DNA of 47,411 bases, the filler included, from Streblomastix strix (taxonomy: Eukaryota), in NCBI GenBank assembly GCA_008636045.1. It is 2 parts of 2 records of this genome, joined end to end, with 100 filler letters (N's around TTAATTAATTAA, not from the genome) between each part and the next. Parts side by side here need not be neighbours in the genome. Positions count along the whole stretch, not along the records: positions 23,758 to 47,411 come from SNRW01000268.1; 1 more part is not named here. One strand, 5' to 3'. Positions within the stretch are counted from its first letter, which is position 1; each line of letters starts with the position of its first letter. Below, piece by piece: positions 37,001-47,411 of this stretch. The notes under the pieces were generated by a model. That model had not been told where the DNA came from. It saw only the letters and a list, made by a program, of their open reading frames with translations, and ran no database searches. The position numbers and the translations under genes were made by a program.

Positions 37001-40000
37001 AGATAGAAATTAGTAATATTTAATGTTTATATTTATTTCTTTTATTAATATTTATATTTATTAACTTTTACATTCATATTCAAGCCATCACAACAACAAA
37101 TACTTCAAACGCTCCAATATTATCTTTATAATCAATTGACAATGTTACAATTCATATCATATCTTCTATATTTGAATAATGTGGAAGATCAATTGGATCA
37201 GATGATGCAGGTATTAATATGATTAATGTTAATGGAATTAATGAATATTTATTAATAAGATTATAAAAATGAATAATAAAATAAGTAAATTTAATTATTA
37301 TTTTATTTTTATTTTCTCCCTCTTATATAAAACTATTCTTACATATAGGATATTAGTCAGGAACTATTTATTTGAATACAGGAACATAATCTACAAATCA
37401 TTTTGATATATAATCTTCACAGTTTATAAACAATAAAGGAACAGAATCTGGTGCTGTTTCAATATATGGTTATGCTAGAGATGCAAGATTTATAAGGTTG
37501 AAACAATATTTAATTTTTTAATATATATATTTGTAATTAAGTTTGTGAATGATTAATAGTTAATTATTTCATTTTCTCATATATTGATTTTACTTTAATA
37601 ATATCAGATGCCAATTTTCATTAAATTAAGCAGAAACATCTGGAAATTTAGGAGGAAATGATATATATGTTAATAATGCAGCTGTTGTATATTAGAGCAT
37701 TTAATAAGTATGCAAACTTCAAATATTAGATAATAAATATTGATTTATATTTAATTATTAATTTATATATATATTTTTAATTTAATATATTATTAGGATT
37801 ATTTTATCTTTACAAGCCATTCTAACTCTGCGCACCCAAGAATAAGAGTTAATAGTATGAATATAAAAGTTATTTAATTTTTACATTAATTATGATTATA
37901 AAATATATCTTTCTTTAATTTATTATAGCCCTTGGTTAAGAATAAAGTGCAATTGCTGAAGCTAAATTAAGAGATTATATAACTGTTGCATCTACAAGGT
38001 AAATTATTGAGTAAATAACATTTTTTAATAGTTTATGATGTATTTTAAACATTTTTATAATATGAATAGTGAATTGAATGCAAATTCAAAGTAAATTCGA
38101 GTTTTAGTTGGTATAATTAACTTGCTTTAATAAATATTTCAATCTTATCAATTTGTTAATTGTTATTAATAGGAGGTGATGATTTGTCTGGAGATGGGAG
38201 TTTATAGAATCCTTATGAATCAATAGCATATATTACTACAATTACTGAACCCAGAGGAATAAATGTTTGATTAATTTGATCAGAAGAAGCAATAAATATA
38301 TTTATATAATAAATGATTTTATTTTATTTTATTTTATTATCTTTTTATTTTATTTTTCAAAATTATTGTTATATTTTTTAATTAGTCACAAGCAAACTTC
38401 GATGTGATCTTACACAGGCAAGTGTACATTGAACAGCGTGTGAATGTATATGGTATGCAATAATTCTTTCTTTCTTATTTATTTATTTTCATTCAATTAT
38501 TATTATTATTATCATAATTATATTTTTTACATTTTTACTTTAACAATATATTATTATTCAATAGATCTCTCATTAACAATATCATCTGCTCCTCAGAAGC
38601 AATGTCCAATATCATCAAATACTTACTCAACAATATAATCAAGAGAGAAAGGATATGCGAGACTATTTAGTATTAATAATGGGTATCTTAACATTAAAGA
38701 ATGTGAATTTAGTCATGTAGTAGATAGAATTGGATCTTAATCAAATTATGATAATTAACATCCAAATGATGCTTTTATTTATATTTATGGAGACAATGGA
38801 TAATTAATATTAAATGATTGTGTTTGGGGAAGATTTACAGAAGAGATTAATTCATTCATTAAAGCAGAGAGAGGAACAATTGACATTAGAAAATTATGTC
38901 CAAATGATGTTAGGTTAATATATATATTTAATTTTATCTAATTTTAAATAATATAATTATTAATTAATTCTCCTTAATTTACAAAATATTATCTTATATT
39001 AATTCATATATTATTCTTTTGTATTAATTAGAGATGAAGAAGATGGAATTAGATCAGAACCAGCAGAAACTATTAATGTAACATAAGTGTTTAATTAAAT
39101 TCTTTCTGCAACTTCAACATTAGGAAGTTTATATATTATTTTAATACATTAATTTGAAAAAAGAAAATTATAATAATAATACAATTATTTATTAAATTAA
39201 TTTATATTATTATTATTTATTATTATTATTATTTTTAATTAGTTATCATTACTTCAATTACTGACATACAACCTAGATTCTAAGTATATTATATTTTATT
39301 AATGAATATATTATTCTTTCATTATTTATAATATATTAATTTAATAGGCTGGTGCATTTGTAATTGCTGAAGGAGTGAAGTCTGTGTAACTTGAAGAATG
39401 TGCATTCTTAGGTATTTATTAATAATTGATATAATATTTATATTTATTTATATAATTCTTATACAATATCTATTTAATATTTTTAATAACAGGACTTTTA
39501 ACTGGATCTGGTAATGAAGGATTTGGAGGAGGAATCGAAACAGGAGCTGCAGTTGTAATTGAAATATAAGAAGAATTAACTGGAAATACAAATATTAAGA
39601 AGAATGTTCAATCGTAGTTTTATATTCATAGATGCAGATTCTATAGATGTGGAACAAATGATGGAAGTGGAGGAGCTGTTAAAGTTGTAGGAAAGAAGGA
39701 AAGAATTGGAAATGGAATATTTAATATCAATAAGAACGCAATTACTGTAATTCATGATATCTCATTCACTGAATCATAGTTTGTTGAATGTTGGTCAACT
39801 GGTGAGACATCTGGTATATTAAATATAAATATAAAATTATTTTACTCCTATATATATATAATTTCCATATACTAAATAATAGGAGCTATAGTAATAGAAG
39901 GATAATCCCCTAAAGTTCATTTCCATACTTGCTTCTTCTCTTCAAATATAGCTGCTGAAGCGAGGAGAGTTTAATACAGGTTTATATAATACAGAATTAG

Positions 40001-42313
40001 ATAGAAAATTATATATATATTTATTTGATATATATAATATTATTTAATACAGATCATTAGAAAGATGGTTAGATAGAATGTTATAAGAGGCTGATAGGGA
40101 AGATTCAGGTATTTAAATTATTCCTTTAACATTAATTATTCTTTTATGATTATTTATTCATCCAATAGAATTATAATCAACATTTGATACTCATACAGGA
40201 AAAGATGTACATTTTTCATAATTATTATAAAGCATTGGAAACAATGAATAATATTTAAGTTAATTATTTGATGATTGTCTTGGAGGTGTAATATTAATAT
40301 TTAATTTTTGAATAAATAATTAACAAATAAATTAATAAATTGATTTAGTATATATTTGAATTAATATAATATTATATTTTATATTATATAATATAGGATC
40401 TGGTCGTCCAAAGCTATATTTCCCATGGTAATTTAGAATTGGACAATATGATGAGTTATTATCATCTCCATTCAAAGTATAGTTAATATTATAAATATAA
40501 TATTTATTAATATTTACATTAATTTTTTTCTATTTATTATTTATTATAATTAATAGGAAGTTCATGCTGATAGAAAGAAATTAGAATATATAACAAAATA
40601 GTATAGAAGAATAGTCTTAGATTATGATTAAAGATAATCAAATTATTCAACAATAGGAGACGATATAGAAAATTTGGCTGATGCATATGATGAAGTATGA
40701 AATAGGAAAGAAGGACAAAAAAGATATTTTATTGAATTATATAATAATCTTATTTATCTATTTATATTTAATATACTTAAGGTTGACTTATCAAATAATG
40801 CAGCTCCAGGAACATTATCTAATCCAGTAAAAACAATAAAAGAAGCTGTTGAATTAGCTGGTTTATAATAATGAATTAATTCATTACTAATTATTTATTC
40901 TTTATTATATATTTTTTGTGTTTTATTTTTAGGAGCATCAGGAATTGGAGAAAGACACACATTCACTCCAACAACAATTATAACTGGAGATGGAACATTT
41001 AGTGAAAGAGAAATGAATGTTGATAGGTAATATAAATGATAGATAAACTAATTTATTTAAATAATTAATTAATTTTATTATATAATTATTATTTACTATT
41101 TTATATTCATATAGAACTATTGTTATCAATGGAGCTAGTGCTCTTTCTACTCTGCTTTAACCTGCTTCTGGAATTGGTATTATATATAAATATTCAATAT
41201 GTTTATATATTTGATTATATACATATTATATATTAATGTGCAGGACAACCGCTTCTTTCAGTTTCAAAATAAGGCAAACTATTGTTATAAGAATTTACAT
41301 TATCTGCATCAGATCCAGACTCTAAATACGCTGTTATTGAAGTTAAAGGTATAACTATATATTATATAGTGAGTATTTATTATGAGTTCTTATATTTATA
41401 TACAACTTTGAACAGGTGAACATGCAAGTCTCCAAGTTTAGAATGTATTATTTAAATCAGCTGGAAAACCTGCAAAAGATTATTAATAATAAAATATATA
41501 TGATAAAGAATAAGAATGGATACCCTATAATGGAGCTGAAGATGATTATTTAATAAATGAAATTGTTAAATAGACAATTCTCTCTCAAATATATACAACA
41601 TATACTTCTTAGATTTATTCTTCATTATATGATGATTAATTAAATGGAGATGTATTCTCATAATCTTCTCCATTCATTGAAGCACATTCATCCGACTTGT
41701 CTTTGAACTGGTGCACCTTCACTCCAACAATACTAGCAGAGAATTAGGCAGCAATATAAGGAGAAGATGTTCATGATTTATTCTTAGAAGGTAATTCAAA
41801 TAAGTAATGATGAATTATAAATCAATAGCGAATTATTATTTATATATATTTATTTTTCTTATTTATTAATTTTTATTAAATTATTTGTCTAGGAGTATTA
41901 TTTGCGAATACATTAGGACTTGAAACAGGATCATTAAGATCAATTAATATTTCATTGGTTGATAGTGGATTTGCTACAATAAGGTATAATAATATATAAT
42001 TTATAATAAAGAATGAATAGTTAGTATAATAATTAAATAATATTACACTAATCTACTTCTGATGATATAATAGGCACTCAACATTTGAAGGGAGACATGG
42101 AGCAGCATTGGGGAGGTTATTAGGAGAAGGTGGGGCAGGAGGATGGCAGACATAGTTTGTTGGATTGGACAAAGTTAATAATTATTTCAATTAAGAATAA
42201 AGAGAAGAATAGAATAAGAGAATGAAGTAGAATGTAGATGTAGATAATTCATTTAGACCTCCTGAATGTGGATTCACAGGTGGAGCTGCTGTTCATATCA
42301 TTGGTATTTTTAC

Positions 42314-42399
<86 letters not shown>

Positions 42400-44419
42400 A
42401 ATTAAGATTATATATAATATTATATAATATAATATTATATATATTATTATGTTCTATTAAGGTGGAAGTCTTCAATTCAATGATACTTTCTTTATTGGAT
42501 GCGGGGAAGGTGCACTTCACATAACTGGAACAAACACATCAATTTCAGAAGATTGTTCATTTGAATAGAATGGAGTAGGTGCTGCATCTGGTGGAACTAT
42601 TGTATCTGCTAAAGATCAGATTATGAGCAGGTTCATATTTTGAATCACTTGCTTATTGTCATTTTATTTATATTTTTCATTTACTTCAGATTTGAAGGAT
42701 TCTCTCGCAATATATATGCATAATAAGGAGCATATATATAAGCATATAATTCTACATTCACATAAACTAAGAATAAAAAAGACAATGAAAAGAAGAACAA
42801 ATGGATTATGCATGACAGGACGGTATAACTTGGAGGAGATGTTGGAGATGCTTAGTATGAATATAATTATGAATATTATAGTAAATAAGTAAGTTAATAG
42901 TGAATAATTAATATGAAGATATTTTTTATTCTCTTTTATTTGATAATTCTATGTTTATATTTCAGATCTGCATTTGCAGTACCTTAATTAAGTAGTGCAA
43001 AACTGAATGAAGACAAGGCGACCAATGAATATAGAATCACACTCAGGTATATATAATAATTAATTTTAAGTATTATATGTAATAATATATATCATAATAT
43101 AAAATTATTATATTAATAGTGGATAAAACTTGAATCCATGTTAACTTCTAACTCTTGTTATGACTGTTAAAAATCAACCTTCTATTGTTAGATATTTCCC
43201 TCTTGTTACATAAGTTTGATTTTTATATTTATTTTTTCCCCTTTGAATGAGAATAAAATGTTTTTAATTGTTTAATATATATTATTATTAGTAACTTTGG
43301 GATAAAGGAAGTAGCCCAACTTCATAATCCAATATAGAAAGAGATAAATAAAGCAATAAATAATCAAATGTATTATAAACAACATAAACAGTGTCATGGT
43401 ATAGTAATAAAAAGATTAGAGTTGATATTCTTTCTGATGATGTTAAGAATGAAAGATCTTGGGATGCAACATTATAATTCTATGGAAGCAATAATTAGAT
43501 ATTTAACACAACTACAAAAAGTATATATGTACCATTGGAATGGTACGCAATATTACTGATTGTTATTGGCATAATAATAGTATTATTATTGTCAATAGTA
43601 ATAGTATACTTCTTGTATAGAATATTTAGAGATAATAGAAGAAAGAAAGTAACTAATAGAGAAGAAGGAGAAAGTTTAGAAAGAGAAGATGAAATGCAAT
43701 TATAAGGAGATAGGAATGGTCAAGCTGGAAGAAGAGCAAAATAAAGAGGGAAAGCAAAATCTAAATAAATAGTAAAGAAATCAGGAGTAGTTAAAAAGGC
43801 AAATTTGGATAAATCATAATAATCTGTGAAATCAAAAGATGTTGAAACTGAACCTTCAAAAACATCAGCAAAATCAAAAACAAAAGAAAAAGAAAAAGAA
43901 AAAGAAAAAGAGAAAGAGAAGGAAAAAGAGAGAGTTCTGACAAAAGAGTAAAAAGAAGAATAAGAAAGAAAAAAGAAAGATTGGGCAAAAGAAGAAGATG
44001 AATCAAGTTAATTTTTAAAATAATCATCTAGATCATTAAAGAAGGATGATCCATCAAAGAAATCAACAAAAGATTCAACAACAAAATCACAAAAATCAAC
44101 AAAATCATCTTCTGAAGAGTCTAAATCAAAAGATGGGAAAGAAGAAAGAAGCAAATCTCCATCTGAATATTCATCCAGAAGCGACACATCTTTGAAATCC
44201 CCTCAAATTGGTGAATAACAACTTGAGTTTAGCTCACTTGATGAAAGTGGAGAGAAAAAAGAAGATGGAAGTTTGTCAACAATTAAAGGCAAGAAGAAGA
44301 AGAAAAAGAAGAAGAAGAAGAGAGTTGGACAATCTGATGATTTAAAGGACACTTTAGATCCAGAATATAAATCTGGGGAAGATGATGTTCGGGATACTGA
44401 TGAACTTCAGCCAAAATGA
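34020..44419 (+). CDS. Large type I membrane/surface protein with right-handed beta-helix (pectin lyase-like) repeats; about 39 short GT-AG introns
   Basis: Signal peptide MTLVLLSVIFVSVTFG. Repeats such as FLNCAGQESGAIYI, FINNKGTESGAVSI, GGNDIYV, GSGGAVKV and GGDDLSGDGSLQNPYESIAY. TM helix WYAILLIVIGIIIVLLLSIVIVYFLY (~43541-43618), then a K/E/S-rich tail and TGA at 44417-44419. The first introns are 34568-34641, 34722-34773, 34901-34994 and 35213-35632; later junctions are a hand parse and approximate. Confidence 0.82.
35221..35632. repeat. Intronic minisatellite, 32-33-bp unit, ~12 copies
   Basis: caattgtaac recurs at 35230, 35263, 35296, 35329, 35361, 35393, 35425, 35457, 35489, 35521, 35553 and 35586. 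Confidence 0.95.
42319..42396. repeat. (AT)39 microsatellite inside an intron (~42304-42461)
   Basis: Directly visible. It produces the spurious IYIYIY ORF in the track. Confidence 0.95.
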
Positions 44420-46155
44420 TGTTATTCAGAAATATTATAAAACATGGCTGAAGGAGTTTATGTTTGAGTAATTTATAAAGCTGAGGTTAATTCATATCAC
44501 GATCTGTTTTTGAACAACAATAAAAAAAGTCATGAGCGTAAATCTGAAGTGCTTTTTTGTAATTTTTTCTTTATTTATAAAATTATTTTCTTTAATTTGA
44601 ACCAACTGCATTTTCTAACTAAATTTCATTCCTATTTATTTAATTGATGGTCCTCTGCTCTAAAGTATTTTATATATGCCTTTTTCTAAACTTTTCATAT
44701 TTACTATCAGAATTTATCAAATAAGATTCGGATGATAAATAATATTAATGAAAAATAAAGGTTTATTTAAATTAATTATAAAGTGGGTGGAGATCTCATT
44801 GTAATAATCCAATTATTAGTTGGATGTATATATTCAAAATTATTGAATTTATTATATTCCATACAATTATTAGTAAAATCATCATAAATATGATGATTAA
44901 TGTGTTTTTAAAATTATTTTGAATGAAATATTATTTCTTTCCTCAATCTTCTTTAATAATTCATTATTATTCAGAAATAATAAAGTATGCGCGACTTGAT
45001 AGATATAATTTAAATTAAATTATGAAGTTATAGGAAATTGTTGTACAAAGAAAATGTATCGAAAAGAAGTTTTATGTTTTCGAGTGTATTTATATGGAAT
45101 TCAAACTGAATAATAGATTATGGTTTTATAAAAGTTGAATATATGTAACAAATAAATATTTATATTCTGTTAAATTATTACTTGAAATGTATGATAGGAT
45201 GAGTTATTTGAATCGCAAAAAGAAAATTATTAAATCTAACATCCTGAAGTTCGCAAGTTGAAATTATTTGAAATAAGAAAATAATTTGGATTATTTTATA
45301 TACTATATTGGTTGATGGTGTTGAGAATGTTTAAATATTGGAGTTAAGGCTGGGAAATTTAAAAAAAAAATTTTGTGTTTGAGCAAATATTATGAAACAA
45401 ATTGATTTATAATTATTATATATTTTATATGAATATTATGAGTACTATGGATAAAATAGCATTGCCATGCAAGTCTGCTTAACGTGTAATGTCAAAATAG
45501 AATTTCAAAATTGTAATTTTTTCACAGTTATTTCTAGAACTTTTATCTTATTTGATATTTATTTTTCCTTTAAATATATTTCATACTCATTTAATTGTTC
45601 TTATGTACAAAACAAATATATTTAACCATGGAAAGACTCATACAATTATTTTCAAAGATTGCTCTTTTTCTATTATATATCTATAATATAATATTAATTT
45701 AAATCAAATTTTTATAAATATCTATATTTTATAATCTTTTAATGCTATATATTAAATATTCTTTAATTCTATTGATAGAAATCAATTTTAATTTTTTAAA
45801 TTGTAAAAATACTCCACCAAATAACATAATTACAATTTAACACTCTTTTTTCAAAAATGTCATAATAATTCTAAATTAATTAAAACATTCTATATTCCAG
45901 TCAAGTTTCGCTTTGCTAACTTTTAGCAACGAAAATAATTATGATGTTCTTTGAATCGAAGTTCATCAACGGCGCTCTTTATTTTTCCCTGTTCAACCTC
46001 TCTACAATAATTTAAATCAATTATAGTTATAAAAGATATTGAAATTGACAAAGAGAACGATAACTTTATTAATAAATTAACTTTTATAATTAGCTACCAA
46101 TTTTTTATTTTACTTGCTTAACAATTTATTTATTTTTTATCAGACTTAACAAGCT

Positions 46156-47411
<1,256 letters not shown>

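Overview
AT-rich eukaryotic (protist) DNA that uses the variant nuclear code TAA/TAG = Gln with TGA as the only stop. The supplied standard-code ORF track is therefore almost entirely spurious or fragmentary. Code, intron style and transposon content fit an oxymonad such as Streblomastix (inference; ciliates and hexamitine diplomonads share this code). An artificial N44-TTAATTAATTAA-N44 linker at 23658-23757 joins two contigs that may not be neighbours. The left contig holds a decayed DIRS-type retroelement (gag-like and RT, minus), a 15.3-kb intronless ORF for a ~5106-aa USP9X/24/34-like deubiquitinase (minus), an AT-rich spacer, a 68-bp tandem repeat, and a decayed Polinton/Maverick-type family B DNA polymerase with an internal HNH-like domain (minus). 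The right contig holds a Sola-like DDE transposase pseudogene split by an 810-bp MITE (GGG...CCC ends, AAAT target duplication), a ~1710-codon Q/S-rich gene with one internal TGA, a ~39-intron gene for a beta-helix type I membrane protein, and the 5' part of an EDRF1-like gene ending in a (TAA)n polyQ run. All translations and family calls were made by hand from motif recognition; no database searches were run.
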